The notes beneath the pieces were generated by a model that saw only the letters and a program-made list of their open reading frames with translations, did not search any database and was not told where the DNA came from. Source: Azolla caroliniana (taxonomy: Eukaryota; Plantae; Polypodiophyta). Taken from it: a stretch of 64,000 bases of DNA. How positions within the stretch are numbered: the first letter of the stretch is position 1; each line of letters opens with the position of its first letter. The position numbers and the translations under genes were made by a program. Location of the stretch: the NCBI GenBank assembly GCA_043228905.1, contig JBHGNT010000012.1, positions 7,068,001 to 7,132,000 of the forward strand, read 5' to 3'. Shown here one piece after another: positions 12,063-25,335 of this stretch.

Positions 12063-14902
12063 TGATTTATCCCCTTATCCTAGAAGCCAGAACCGATATG
12101 AGGATTATCCTTAGTCCTTCGGGGTTCGGCTCAAGGGAATCGTGGTTAGGGAATGAGTGTTTCTGTCATGCCCATAACTAGGGTGAATTGTACTAGAATT
12201 GGAATGGTTATCTTGATCGTGGGGACTGTGGAGGTTACGATGACGGCTACAACCAACTTGTGCATACTTAGCCTAAACAAAGTACACGGGTCACACAGAT
12301 ACACTCGACACAAATTAGAGAGAGGCAGAAAGTCAGTCAAACAAAAACTATATTGCAGGAACTGTATACAAGATTACAATTAGTTTTTACAAGTTTTGCA
12401 TGCCCTTTATATAGGGTCATGGACTGTTATGCTCGGTGTGTGAAACGTTACCCTTCAAAATTGTTTTCGGCTGTTACACCCTCTTAACTACGTACGCTAC
12501 GGCCCCACCCTACTTCTTCGTTTGCCGTAACCGTCCCCTTTGTCTTTCTCCCTTTTGACCTTTCCCACATGGCCGTCCAAGGCGGCCAACACATAGCACG
12601 CCTTTGGGATAGTGCTTGCATAGTCAAACCCACAGAAAAATCTCATGCGTCATCAAGGATGTCTAGAATGCGCAGCTCCGGATGGCCCGTCTCCGTGGGA
12701 ATTATCATGGGTGTTTCAGGGTGTGTCGTGGTCTATGTCGTAGGCTTTGGTTCAAGGGGGAAGGGGGGTCAGTTGGCTATGTTGGCTCTGGTTCAGGGGG
12801 GTCAGCGGGTTCTGTCAGCTCTAGTTCGGCCTCTTGTGTCTGCTCAATTTGTGGACCTTCCTCTTCGAGGTTGGTCAAGGGGTGGATATCGAGGCGCTCC
12901 TTGTGCGGCGTTTCTTGCATTGGGGCTTTGGTGGCCGTTCCTTCCATCATGGCTCTGGCGGGTTCCGGATGTGCCTCCGAGGGCGGGTTCGGTATCGTGG
13001 TGACCTTCGGGACTTCATCTTCCAGTTATTGTTGGTCTTCCGTTGCATGCTGACCAAATTCACTGTCGGGGAATATGATGGTGACCCACCTTTTCCCTTC
13101 CTCCACCTGCTTTTGTTCGTTCTCGTACGGTTGGAGTTCGAGGGAGGTCTCAATCTCGCTATCTCCGAACTCCTCTAACAACTGCGCAATCTCCTCGGAG
13201 TGGTGATTGGTAGCAATGCTCACTTCGTTAAGGTCCTCGTGTACTGTAGCAATGCTCTCTTCGTTAAGTTTGTAGAAGCCCTTATCATCTTTCTGTCGAT
13301 TCTCTTTGTTGGCCCGGTAATTATGGAGCTCTGCTGCTTGCTTCGCCCATACAGCCCAACCCCAATCGAGTGCTTCCTGGAGTTGGCGGGTGAATCTCTC
13401 CCTGTTTGTTGATAGTAGGAATTTGATTCTTGCAGTTTTCATCTCGGTTTTCGTTCGCATTTCTTGGATGACCATCTTGAGATTTGTGATTTTGCTAGTG
13501 TTGGAGGCCGCCTGTGCTTCATACCGTGATTTAACCTCCTAATAGAGCTTAGATTCTTTTTCGTGTAGTTCCTCTAGTCGACCCATTTCATTATTTAATC
13601 TCACTTTGACTCCTCTTGTCATCTGACACTCAATCTCGATTTTCTCACCGTACCATTGGTGCTTCTTTTGCACGGCCTCGCATAGTGCCGCGATGATCCC
13701 TTCAGATCAACAGACTTCTTCCATTTAATTGTTAAGTGCTTCGATCTTCAATTTGTGAGCTGTGATTTCGGTGTCCAACTTGTCTTGGATCGCCTTCACG
13801 CCCTTACTTGCCATGGCCCAGACCTTTGTCTCCCGATTCGACGATTGTCGAACTTCCATTTCGGGGAGTTCCGCTTTTTTCGCTTTGGCCGCTATCACCA
13901 TTTGAGCTTCGACCTCCTCGATGAGGCTTTTTATTTCGGGTGTGGGGGAGGTTGTGGTGTTGGTTGGGGCTATGTTCTCCTACAAGCAGTGCTCCAACTC
14001 CGTGATCTTCTTCTGGGCTTCTTCAAGTGGTTGCTTGGCGAGTTTTTCAGCCTTCTTCGCGGTCTTGTTTTTATAGACCATATCTTTCCCACCGTTCCAT
14101 ACTGTGGCAAGCTCCTTGTGTACATCGACTAAGGCGATGTTCAATGGGGTAAGCTCGATTCCCACACGATCTTCGTCTACATTCCTCATTTGGCCGATTT
14201 TGCTAGTGCGCGATCGTCTTTTCTTTCCGCTACTCCGCTAGTGCTCGCTCAATCATTTGCCTTTCTGCATATTCCTCTGTCATGCATTGCGAGACTTTGA
14301 TATGTTGCGTCGCCAAGAACTCCATGATATCGAAGGATCTGCCGAATTGTAACAGGGCTACGGTGCCATGAAGAATTCTGGCAATATGGTGAAAAAGGGT
14401 CGAGCGCATGTGAATGGGGGTTTCGGCGCGAGGAGGAGGATCGGTTGGACAAGCGTGGGAGCTAGGGTGTGCAAATAGGCACAGAACACAAGGACAGGAG
14501 TACAAGAAATGTAAATATGTGTAAAATATTTAAGGTACCAGGTAGAGTAGTTAATGGGGGTACTTTATGTCCCGTAGGTATTGAGAATAAGAATAAGTTT
14601 AGATGGAGAGAATCGAGGGCAATCTTTGACAAAAAAGGTTGCCATTTACTTGCAGTGGAACGGCCCCCCCTTTGTGCTATAAAAGGGGAGGTTTGAGACT
14701 GTTTTATCCATCCATGAATTGGAGAACTAAGTGTTGTCTATTTGAGTGCCGAGCTCTGTTGTTCACTCTAATTCTGTTCTGTGCAGTTTACATAAGAAGG
14801 TGGAGGCCTCTGGTCGCGTAGGAAGCCCAGGTGCTCCCGACCAGAGGTCTGGTATTCTGCGTGTGTGTGAGTAGAGCTCAAGGCTCTGTCGCCGTCCATG
14901 AC
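12063..14902 (-). mobile_element. 3' portion of a non-chromovirus Ty3 element (3' LTR with inner edge at 12591, plus decayed accessory ORF), related to 29569-39414
   Basis: ORF 13026-13475 is homologous to 30040-30600. The LTR-adjacent motif AACA|CATAGCACGCCTTTGGGATAGT matches 29984-30009. Left boundary is approximate. Confidence 0.65.
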
Positions 14903-16840
14903 CGTAAAGAACATGCAACTTGAGAAGTGCACAGATTTCTTGGCAAGCAAGTAGAACCGAACCTCCTTCGGATCAAAGCCCCCGATGAGGAAGAAAATGT
15001 CGTTGGAACTTGTGCATACAGATGTATGCTACGTGGATACAAAGTCACATGCTGGTTCACAATATTTCATGACCTTCATAGACAACTATAGCCGGAAGTT
15101 GTGGGCTTCTGTGATGAAGATGAAGGATCAAGTATTATCTATCTTCAAGGAGTTCCAAGCGAGCACCGAAAGAGAAACCAGCCGAAAACTGAAGGCAGTC
15201 CGAGCGGACAATGGCGGAGAGTACCGCGGACCGTTCAAAGAATATTGCCGAGCGCAAGGAATCTAACTCGAGTATACCGTGCCGAAGACGCCAGAGCTTA
15301 ATGGTCTGGCCAAGATGATGAACCGGACCGTAATGGAGCGGGTCTAAAGTATGCTTGCACATGAAAAGTTACCGAAGACGTTCTGGGCCGAGGTGCTGAT
15401 GACGACAATGTATGCGATAAACTGATCATCCTCATTACCCTTGGACAGTGATATTCCACAAAGGGTGTGGAGTGGCAACAACGTTTCATACCGACACTTG
15501 AGGGTGTTCGGAAGTCTTGCCTATGTGCATGTTGCAAAGGACTAGAGGGGGAAGCTAGGCTCGAGATCTCAGCCATGTATATTTCTCAGCTACAATGACG
15601 ATGAATTCGGCTATCGGCTATGGGACTTAGCCGAGAAGAAGGTGATTAGGAACCGAGACATTGTCTTCATGGAAGAGAAGATGATTGTCGATTAGGAGAC
15701 TGAGAATAAGTCTCCAACTACCGAATCCTGCCGAGTCGATGCTCGACCGAATCAGGTAGAAGTCAATTCGATCGAAATCGAATCCGTGCCAATCAGCCAA
15801 TTTAATATTCGGCAAAATTGAGAACCGACTGAAGAACAAAGGGAACCGGCCGAACGAGGAACCAAATTTGACTCGGCCGAAGAAGTCGAAGAAGAACCAA
15901 CCGTGCCGAATGGAGGCCGAAGATATTCCCCCCCCCCCCCCCCCTTGAAGATTTCTGAATGAAGACCGTGTACTGTTAACCGATGAGGGGGAGCCGGAAA
16001 GCTTCGAAGAAGCTAAGAACGATACCCACAACCGAAAGTGGTTAAGTGACATGCAAGAGGAGATGGATTCCCTGCATGAGAACCACACATATGAACTCAC
16101 CGAGTTGCCAAAAGAGAAGAAGGCATTACAGAATAAGTGGGTATACCAATCAAAGCTGGGAGATGGCGGAAATCCACCCAGATACAAATCCCAAATCGTG
16201 GTGAAAGGCTTTCAACAAAAGAAGGGTGTTGATTTTGACGAAATATTTGCCTAGTTGTGAAGATGACGTCAATCCGAACAGTGCTGAGTGTAGCGGCTAG
16301 CATGGACCTCGAAGTCGAGCAACTAGATGTCAAGACTGCCTTCCTTCATGGAGATTTGGAGGAAGAGATATACATGCACCGACTGGAAGGATTCAAAGAA
16401 AAAGGTAAAGAAAACCTGGTATGCCGATTGAGAATGAGCTTGTATGGGCTGAAGCAAGCACCTCGATAATGGTACAGAAAATTCGAATCCTTCATGACCG
16501 AAAACGGGTACCACAAAATGCAAGCCAATCACTGCGTGGTGAAGAAGTTTTACGGAGGATATTTCTTCATACTCCTGTTGTACGTGGACGACATGCTAAT
16601 TGTCGGACGAGACCCAAGGAAATTCGGAAGCTTGAAGAAGGCCTTGAGTAGGTCATTCTCGATGAAAGATATGGGTCCGGCAAAATAAATCTTGGGAATG
16701 CACATTGTTCGAGATCGAACAAAGAAATTGTTATGGCTGTCACAGGAGAAGTACGCGACAAAAGTGCTCCAGAGATTCGGCATGGAAAGCGCAAAACCGG
16801 TCGGCTCGACACTGCAGACAAATTGTAAGCTGTCCAGAAG
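14903..16840 (+). pseudogene. pol: Ty1/copia integrase-RT fragment, both ends truncated
   Basis: LELVHTDVC...FIDNYSRK...DNGGEY; QLDVKTAFLHG; LYGLKQAPR; LYVDDML. Many stops; same family as 25822-41400. Confidence 0.9.
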
Positions 16841-17391
16841 CCAAGCCAAGCCAGTTAAGCCTAAACCGTTTTGGGGTTCTCAAACCTGAGCCAAACCAAA
16901 CCAAACTTATCCCTAAGCCGGTTAGGCCTAAAACGGTTTGGGAACTGGTTTTTTATGCAAGTATATGGCGATTCGAACCTCCCATTTTAAGACTGCATTG
17001 ATCATGCACTGGTCTAATAAGTGGCAATTAGTGAATCAATGATTCACAAATCCTCTTCACTGATTCACTAAATCAGTGATAAAAATAGTGACAGTGATTA
17101 CCTGAAGGCGTGTAGGCAGCAGGACATTGTCTTCGTCCACTATATAATATGCAGGCTCCCTCTCCCCCTCCCTCCCTTCCTCCCTCTCTCTCACGTCTAT
17201 GTGGCTATGGCTATGGCTTCCTCTCAGTGAGCTTGTCTCTCTCTCAAGTTTCTAACAATCTAATTTCTAACCTTTAACTTTTTATTTCTCAAACCGTTTA
17301 GGCAGGCTCAAGCCTAAGCCGAGCCGCTAAGGTGTTTTAAGCCACTTTAGCAAAATGGTTTAGGCTTGAGCCGAGCCGTTGTGGATCCCTA
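16838..17391. mobile_element. Truncated non-autonomous hAT-like element (same family as 22774-23766)
   Basis: AAACCG/AGCC subterminal motifs, CT-rich core and degenerate right TIR CCGTTGTGGATCCCTA; left TIR missing. Confidence 0.75.
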
Positions 17392-18005
17392 CCAAAAAAC
17401 CCCAAAGGAGCGAGCATGTAGAAATATGTAATGAGAACCTAAATATAGATGCATAGAGACATTTTTAATGTTGTGCTCGAATGCCAAAAATATGTTCTAC
17501 AGAACCAAAAGCGAAACAATATCATTTCTCGAAGCATAAATTACAATGTCCAGCCATTCGAGGGAAAACCCTGAGCAATCGAATCATGGGTCGAAAGACA
17601 ATGCCTCGAAAATCCTCGGACATTTAGCATGCAAACGGTTTCATCAAACCAAGTGACGGGGTTCTACGGGTGTGTCAGTGCGATTCTTCGCGAGCCAGAG
17701 GGAGGCCCAGGACCACGAATCTCGGGAGCCGATCGATGGGTCTGAGCGTAGAGCGTTACTACACGTACAAAGTTTCGGGAGGTGGTTCTCGAGATGAGGT
17801 TTGGGGTTTCCCGGATCGAGTAAGTTTGCGATCCGCCACAACAGGTAGAATCAAGGTAGAACAAACAAAGAAAGAAAAACAAGGCTAAAAGGGGGCAAAA
17901 AATTAATAACCTAAAAGGGCATATTCGAGTTTTGGAATGAAAGGTGGGGGGAAGGAAACCTAGGGGCATTTAGGGAAAAATGGAAAGCATATTTTCTTCA
18001 GATAT

Positions 18006-18023
18006 TTCTAGAACCTTCTGGAA
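18006..18023. promoter_or_regulatory. Heat-shock element upstream of CacyBP
   Basis: TTCtaGAAccTTCtgGAA, ~260 bp before the ATG. Confidence 0.6.
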
Positions 18024-18278
18024 ACAAACACAAAACAAACACGATATTTTATTTTATTTTTTCATTTCATTTTCATTTATTTATTTATTTATTATTAATT
18101 AATTAATAATAATATTATTATTATTTGAGGTTTTGATTAAATTCCTTCATGAAATGAAGCTCTTAGAATAAGCCCTGCTTCTTCTGTGTTTTTTTTCTGT
18201 TCTTCTTTCGCTGCTTCTTCTTCTTCGTTTCGATTTTCTGTCTCTCTTTGCGTTGATTTCTGCTTCCCTGCAGCAGCC

Positions 18279-20946
18279 ATGGCGGCAGACCTTTCGGAAG
18301 ACGTCGCTGAGCTCAAGTCCCTGCTGGCCCAAGCCACTCGACCTCACGTCCAGAGCTTAATTTCCACAGAGATTCAGACTTTGGAGAAGGTAATCCTCAC
18401 CAAAAAGAAGAAGAAGATGATGATGAAGATGTTAATCCTTGCTCTTCAACTTTCAAAACCCTAGTTTTTATTCATTTATTATTTTGTCCTCTGCACATGC
18501 CCTAAACCCTAAATTCTATCCTGTTTCTCATGCATAGACGCAAAATCCGAAATTTTGCTCAGTTTCTAGGAACACAAAACCCCCTATCTTCTTCTTCTTT
18601 TTTGCCGGCACTCTACATGATTCCCTGTAATTGTATTCTTTTTTCTTACTGCGAAGATTACTATTCGTCTTCTTCTTTTTCCCACTGGAAAACTATCGTT
18701 TTTGTTCTTTCTAAACGGATTCGTCTTCTCTTTCAAGTCTTGTTTTAAATCCGAAAGTATTTGGTTTTTATTTATTGATTCTTGTCTCATTGTAGGTAGC
18801 TTTATCTGCGCAAAATCAAGCAAAAGCTTTCCCAGTTAAGACAGCTTTGACAACCCCAGAAATCCGTTATGCAACGCTTTCCACCTTTAGCTGGGAGCAA
18901 GATGTAGAGAAAATTAAGGTAATTCTCACACCTGAAGGTTTGCTGTGGTTAGTTCATTCAAGTAAAGAGGTTCTAATGTATGGTAGAATTTGCTAATACT
19001 GGATTATATCGCTCTTCGTATTATCGTGGGTTGTGATTACTCTTGATTGTATAACACGCAATCATATTGTAATCTGTGCTAGCACTTGATTACACCACAC
19101 CCCATTGTTTCACAGGTTGTGCTAATATTTGATTAAAATGCTCCTCATCTACTGTGAGTTACTACGTTTATGATTGATTGTATCATAACTGATATGTCAT
19201 ATGTGCTATTGCACATCATTGTGTTGCACTTAAAATCTATCTTGGATTGTGCTACTACTTGATTGTAACGCGTTAGCCATTTCTTCAACCTATCATATTA
19301 CAGATTGTGCTAGCACTTGATTCTAACACTCCATCTTATAATGGTTTGTTGCTTACTAAATCACAGGTTGTGCTAATATTTGATAAATATCCACCTCATC
19401 TGTTTGTGGGTTACTACTTTTGTGATTGACTGTATCATAACTGATATATCACACATTGTTGTGTTGCACTTAAAATATATATTGGGTTGTACTACCACTG
19501 GATTGTAACGCACAAGACATATCTGCAGTTTACTAACATTGGATTGTAGATCTTGGTATTGCATCACAGATTGTGCTAACACTCGATTGTATTATACCTG
19601 ACCTATCACATGTTCTGGTAACAATTCATTGCGACACGTACTTAGGGCTAACACTTGGTGTGGTCATAACATATTACTACTTGTGCCCACTTTTGATTGT
19701 AATTTCTAATGGATTCTTGGGATATGCTTTCAGTAAAGGACACTTAAGATATTGCAGCAGGTTGTGGTAACATTTGGCTGTGTCACTTTGGTAGGGATCT
19801 CAAGGACTTACTCATGCTGTAACGCTTAGATCATAGCTCTTGGGTCACCTAATATATTGCTAACTCATATGTAAGATGCCAAACAAGTGGAAAGACTGTG
19901 TACTTGAGAGATCTATCATAATACATGTATAGCTTGTACCATTGATAGGGTAAATCTTCTAAGTGAATTGTTATAACGAAATGCTAGCATAAATGTTCAT
20001 AATTAGGCCTCTTGTCTGAAGTAAACATAATGCTAACATGCTGTAGGTTGGGTGTCTTGATTAAATATAAAATCAAGCTACAATACCTGTGATATTCTAG
20101 TGTTCTAAGCATTACAATTAAGGTTTTATGCCTACACTGATTGTACTTAGCTGTTTTCTAGAGATTTGGTGAACCAACTTTGATTTGTACTAGAATGTTG
20201 GCTTTAGCTTTTCTGGTAACTCTGTGTATAAACGTATTGTTATTTTTTGCAGATATATCTCTCTCTTGAGGGAGCCTCTAAAGAGAAAGTTGTGACTGAT
20301 TTCAAACCCAAATCTATTGAGCTAAAGGTGCATGACATTGATGGGAAGAACTACAAGTTTTCTGTGCCAAAGCTCTGCAAGACCATAAATCCAGAGGCCT
20401 CCACAATCACTGTGAAGACCACTAGGATTATTCTTACTCTGAAGAAGGTGGATAAGGGTACATGGGCAGATCTCCACTTAAAGGAAGACAAGGTGAGTAA
20501 AGCTTTATCATGAATGGGTTTTAATATTGTTGATGAACATTTATGCGAAAAGTGCATGGTAATTTCAATTGTGCAATCATTGTAGAAATCCACATTAAAT
20601 GTTTTTGTGTGCTTCATGGGTGGAGATCTCTTGTTTTGACAGTTTTTCAGTCTTTGCAATAGTTTTTAATGCTTCGAAACCTTTGTAACAGTTGAAGCCA
20701 AAGCTTGATGATAAAGAGCCATCATCTGGTCTTATGCAATTGATGAAGGTATGAAATATCCAGTGGTCTTGTCTGGACTGATGTACTGATTTCCTTTTGT
20801 GCACTTATCTTGTGATAATGTATGTTTGAAATTTCCTTGCTAAGCAGAACATGTATGATGAGGGCGATGATGAGATGAAGAAGAACATTGCAAAAGCATA
20901 CACAGAAGCAAGGGCTGGAAAGACTCCTGGCATGACAAAGTTTTAA
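18279..20946 (+). CDS. CACYBP: Calcyclin-binding / Siah-interacting protein (SIP N-terminal + CS + SGS domains), 209 aa, 5 exons
   Basis: GT-AG exons 18279-18389, 18796-18918, 20253-20492, 20692-20748 and 20848-20946 join in frame: DVAELKSLLAQATRPHV...FSWEQDVEKIKIYLSLEG...GLMQLMKNMYDEGDDEMKKNIAKAYTEAR. Confidence 0.92.
18985..19770. repeat. Degenerate tandem repeats in CacyBP intron 2
   Basis: Recurrent GATTGTGCTARCACTTGATT / CACAGGTTGTGCTAATATTTGAT blocks. Confidence 0.6.
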
Positions 20947-22058
20947 TCCATGCCTCATTCTTAACGTTTTTTTCACATCATGTGGGTTTCTCTTGAGCGA
21001 GAAGTCAAAATCGAGGTTTTTGTGATCAGAGTAGAGGCGTTAATGTTTCATCGGAAGACCTTCAGTGATGTATTGGCATCAATCATATGCATGCTTAAAT
21101 GTTTTCTTGATAGATAGATGATAAGTCAATGAAGAACATTATAAAAGCATACACAGAAAAAGAAGCAAAGAGCTGGAAAGACTCGTGGCTTGGCAAATGT
21201 TCTAATGCGTGTTTCATTCATAATGAATGCTGTATGATGTGTGACTGTTTCAACAATGAATCAATTTGATTTGAGGTTTTGGAAGAAGATTTTTAAGTGT
21301 AAGGTATCAAACTTAATCATGTTTTCACATACATATGGTTTTGAAATGATTTGTTTTCTTTCATTGAAGGTACAATGTGCCTGTTGTATCAGCAATTGAT
21401 GTTTGAAAAGCCAGTGTGTTCCAGCAGCTTTTAAAGTGTTGTTTTCTTGCTTATCAAATCTGTGTAATTTTTTTGGTAGAATGATATGGAAATAGTTTGC
21501 TGAAGAGTGTACACTAACGGACTTATCTCGTGGAATAGCTGTGTTATTGTAATGTTAGGATTGTCAGTAAGGATGTAAAATAATGAACAAAGATATTGTT
21601 AATGAGATCATTTTTTTGAGTTTACTAGCTATCCATTACACTTTGTTCTTCTGGTAATGGTCGTGAACAATTATTAATGTTGTGTGATGATAAAACAAGT
21701 GGTAGAGTTCATTGAAACTTCCGCATCTTATTGAAGTGAAGAATGGAATTTTCCTTGGCTTTGTCTTCAAGCAAAATTGTATGTGGTTATAACTCTTCAT
21801 TTAGCAGTAATCTGCTCTGTTTTTGAGTTTGAGCAAAGTGTCCTTGTTACATTGATAGTTTCTGAAACACAATTGCTTTCTGGTATTTAAATTTGGCTTA
21901 TTAGGAGTTTTATGTAACATCGTGATACTTGATGATATATGATACTGATGTACCAGTGAATTAGTAAGTGTTTCTACACGATTTCATTGCAAACATGATG
22001 TTGGCAGTGTTAGTTAGCCTTCATTTTTTTTTTCTGATCGTGCTTATGATTCTCTGAA

Positions 22059-22275
22059 AAGCTTATCGAGAAACTTGTAGAGGTCTCTTGGCTTTCTAGA
22101 ACTTTAAAAATGTATAAGTGTAACATCAATTACAAGTCCCTTTATTTTATGTTACTCTCAAGCTTATGACTCGTTGAAACTTATCGATAAACATGTAGAG
22201 GTCTCTTGGCTTTCTTGAACTTTAAAGAGGTATAAGTGTAACATCAATTACGAGTCCCTTTATTTTATGGTACTT
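22059..22275. repeat. Two-copy tandem duplication, ~118 bp period
   Basis: CTTATCGA..AAAC.TGTAGAGGTCTCTTGGCTTTCT...GTCCCTTTATTTTATG occurs twice. Confidence 0.85.
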
Positions 22276-22325
22276 GCCAAAGTCGAATCTTATGTTGTAG
22301 GAAAGTTGTGAGCACATATTGAATT

Positions 22326-22609
22326 TTTTTATTTTTTTATTATTTTTTTTCCAAAAGAAAACTCCTTCGATTAGTTATAAAATTTTACAAGTGAGACGAT
22401 TATGTACAAATCCCTGAAGGGATGCGATAGTTCCATCTTATGTGGATGCCTACTAATTCAAGAAAGGGAGAGGACGACCATTGTTGGATGAAGGCTATTC
22501 ATTGTCTTTCAATGACCATCATATTGGCTCTTCAGAGTGGCTACAATTTCACTCCATATCTCTTGCAGTAACCTTGTTGGATGTGCGGTTTGGTTGGAGA
22601 AGACTCACC
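22326..22609 (-). mobile_element. 5'-truncated LINE (L1-like ORF2 C-terminus, 3' UTR, A-rich tail)
   Basis: 19-bp TSD TGTGAGCACATATTGAATT (22307-22325 / 22610-22628); poly-T on +; minus translation EIWSEIVATLKSQYD...IRWNY resembles the LINE at 56.8 kb. Confidence 0.85.
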
Positions 22610-22773
22610 TGTGAGCACATATTGAATTCCAACTCTCTGAATGAAAATTGTTGCAATTAATCATTATGATAGGTTTGGTGATTTAGTTTCACGTAACCAA
22701 CCAAGAAATTCTTGTAATTCGCTTGCACATTGAGCACCTTCTATAGTACTCGTGGTTGTCATAATGTTGGGAT

Positions 22774-23766
22774 TAGGGATCGGCAACGGTTCGGTTTAGG
22801 CTTAGCCGGTTTGGCCTGATCCAAGCCAAACCGGCTAAGCCTAAACCGTTTACAGGATCTCAAACCTGAGCCGAGCCGAGCCGAGCCAAGCCGGTTCACA
22901 AACCGGTTTAGGCTAAACCGGTTTGTGAACCGGCTTGGTAAACGGCTTGTAAACCGGTTTCCAAACCGGCTTGGAAACCGGTTTAGAAACCTCTGTCTCT
23001 CTCTCTCTCTCTCCCTACCTCCCTCTCTCTCTCAGATGATCCCTCCCACTCTCTCTCACTTCTGTGGTCTCGACTCTCTCTCCCTCTCCCTCTCTCTCCC
23101 CTCTATGTAAATCCTCTCTCTCTCACGTCTATGGTCTCGACCCTCCCTCTCTCTCTCTCTCCCCTCTATGTAGTTCATCTCTCTCTCTCTCTCCCCTCTA
23201 TGTAGTCTCTCTCTCTCTCCCCTCTATGTAGTTCCTCTCTCTCTCTCTCTCTCCCCTCTGTGTAGTCTCTCTGTCTCTCCCCTCTATGTAGTTCCTCTCT
23301 CTCTCTCTCTCTCTCCTTATATGTTGTCTCCCTCCCTCTCTCTCTCTCTCCTCGTTTGTGTAGTCTCTCTCTCTCTCTCCTCGTTTGTGTACTCTCTCTC
23401 TCTCTCTCCTTATATGTTGTCTCCCTCCCTCTCTCTCTCTCTCTCTCTCTCCTTATATGTTGTCTCCCTCCCTCTGTCTCTCTCTCCTCGTCTATGTAGT
23501 TCTCCCTCCCTTACTCTCTCTCTCTCTTTCCCCTTGTCTGTTGTCTCTCTCCCCCTCTCTAAAGTTTATAAACGGCTTAAACGGTTTAGCCGGCTTAGCC
23601 GGCTTGAGCCGGTTTGGCGAGGCTCAAGCCAAGCCGAGCCAAGCTCAAACCGTTAAGGCAAGTTCAAGCCTAAACTGAGCCGAGCCGAGCCGCTAAGCCG
23701 CTAAGCCGTTTTCAAGCCGGCTAAGCCAAACGGTTTAGGCTTGAGCCGAGCCGTTGCCGATCCCTA
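22774..23766. mobile_element. Non-autonomous hAT element with CT-microsatellite core
   Basis: 16-bp perfect TIR TAGGGATCGGCAACGG; 8-bp TSD GTTGGGAT; dense AAACCG/AGCCG subterminal repeats. Confidence 0.92.
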
Positions 23767-24386
23767 GTTGGGATCCCACCTTTGTTGCTATTGGACCATG
23801 CAAAATAAGTATCCCTAAAAATTTCATTGCTTTGAAAGTTTTCATCCAACATTTCCCTCAATTGATGTTAACGGGGTACAAGTTAGGAAAGAGTTGGGCC
23901 ATTATGCATGATATGTTTCTATGGAAGAAAAACATTCATGATATCACACGTTGCCTTGCTTTTGCGTTAGGGATTTCTTTGAACACTTTTTGGAAATTTT
24001 CCTTATGCATAAAATAAAAGAAGCTTGGAGCATGTAGGTGAATAGGTAGATGATAAGTACTATAATAGACATGCCATCAATATTGACACGGTTGAGATAT
24101 CGAGCTTAACTAGGTTTCGCCATTTAGTCAATTATATATCTTAGTAGTTACATAAATAGAATCTAGTTAGTGTATGAACTTTAAACCCTTAAATAGGATT
24201 TTGTACTTTGAGTGGGATACATTCTAGATCCCCCACTCCCAAGTTTATTTAATATAGGATGTACATCCATGTACCTATATTCTCCTCACACATGTGCACC
24301 TTTGCACATGAGATGCATATATACCTTATTGTGGGTATTTTTGTATTTGATGTTTTACTAATCTAGAGAAAGGTCTTTAAGCAATA

Positions 24387-25335
24387 CAATAACCATTTGG
24401 TTAAGTGTGCGCGCAATTAAATGCGTCATTCTATTAAGTGCGCTTTTTTTTATACATGTCAAAATCTTGTTCAAAAAGTTTACATTGTTTTATGACAAAA
24501 TACATCAAACCAAATTGAAACTATGCTCTAATAAATCAAAAAACAACAAAATGATAAATAAAAATAAGATTTGTAAGTTCTTTTGCAATTTCATACCAAA
24601 ATGATGTAAGGCCATTTACCTACTTTTAACTAAATAGGTTGAGCAAGATATGGTGAATACAATCTTGAAGTAATTTCATGGAAGCTTTGCTTTGCAGCAA
24701 GATACATATTCAATAAAACTAAATATGTCCGAGCTTGAGTTTATGAGGGGAAAGCTATTAATCGATTAATAGCTTATTATGTGGACTTACATGAAGGGAA
24801 ATCAATTAATTGATTAATGGCATATTATATGGAGGAAAAACTATTAATTGATTAATGGCTTATTATGTGGAGGAAAATCTATTAATCGATTAATCGGTTA
24901 ATAGTTATTGATCAATTAATAGTATGTGGATTCAAATCCCTACTTTTGGGCATTTTTTTTACACTATCTCAGCCAAGTATGTCGATCATTTCTCATGCCA
25001 TATCAGGCATAGACATCACGCACATTCTTCATAGACACCAAAAAACAAACATAGACATCTCGCACAATCTCCATTGACACCAAGAAATGGACATAGGCAT
25101 CAAAAAACAAACATAGAAACAAGAAAAGAAATACAAAAACAGACATACAAAAGAAAATATGTACATATCTAACCGATTACAACAGTAAGGAGGGTCTGAG
25201 CAATGGTTGTTTGGGCTATGCTTTCTCAGAATTACAATAGGGAAAAATTTGGGATTCGTTGTTTTTTACAAAAAAAACCTTAAGTGCGCACTTTTCCCTT
25301 GCGTTCAAAATGCGCACTTAACCGAATGGTTACTA
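24387..25335. mobile_element. Tc1/mariner(pogo)-like MITE
   Basis: ~24-bp imperfect TIR (consensus CAGTAACCATTCGGTTAAGTGCGC) flanked by TA; internal ATTAATCGATTAAT repeats at ~24755-24925. Confidence 0.7.

Noticed and set aside
15928-15944. Poly-C run in the copia fragment
   Set aside because: Simple homopolymer expansion or sequencing artefact.
22925-23678. Leu/Ser-rich ORFs
   Set aside because: Translations of the CT microsatellite within the hAT element.
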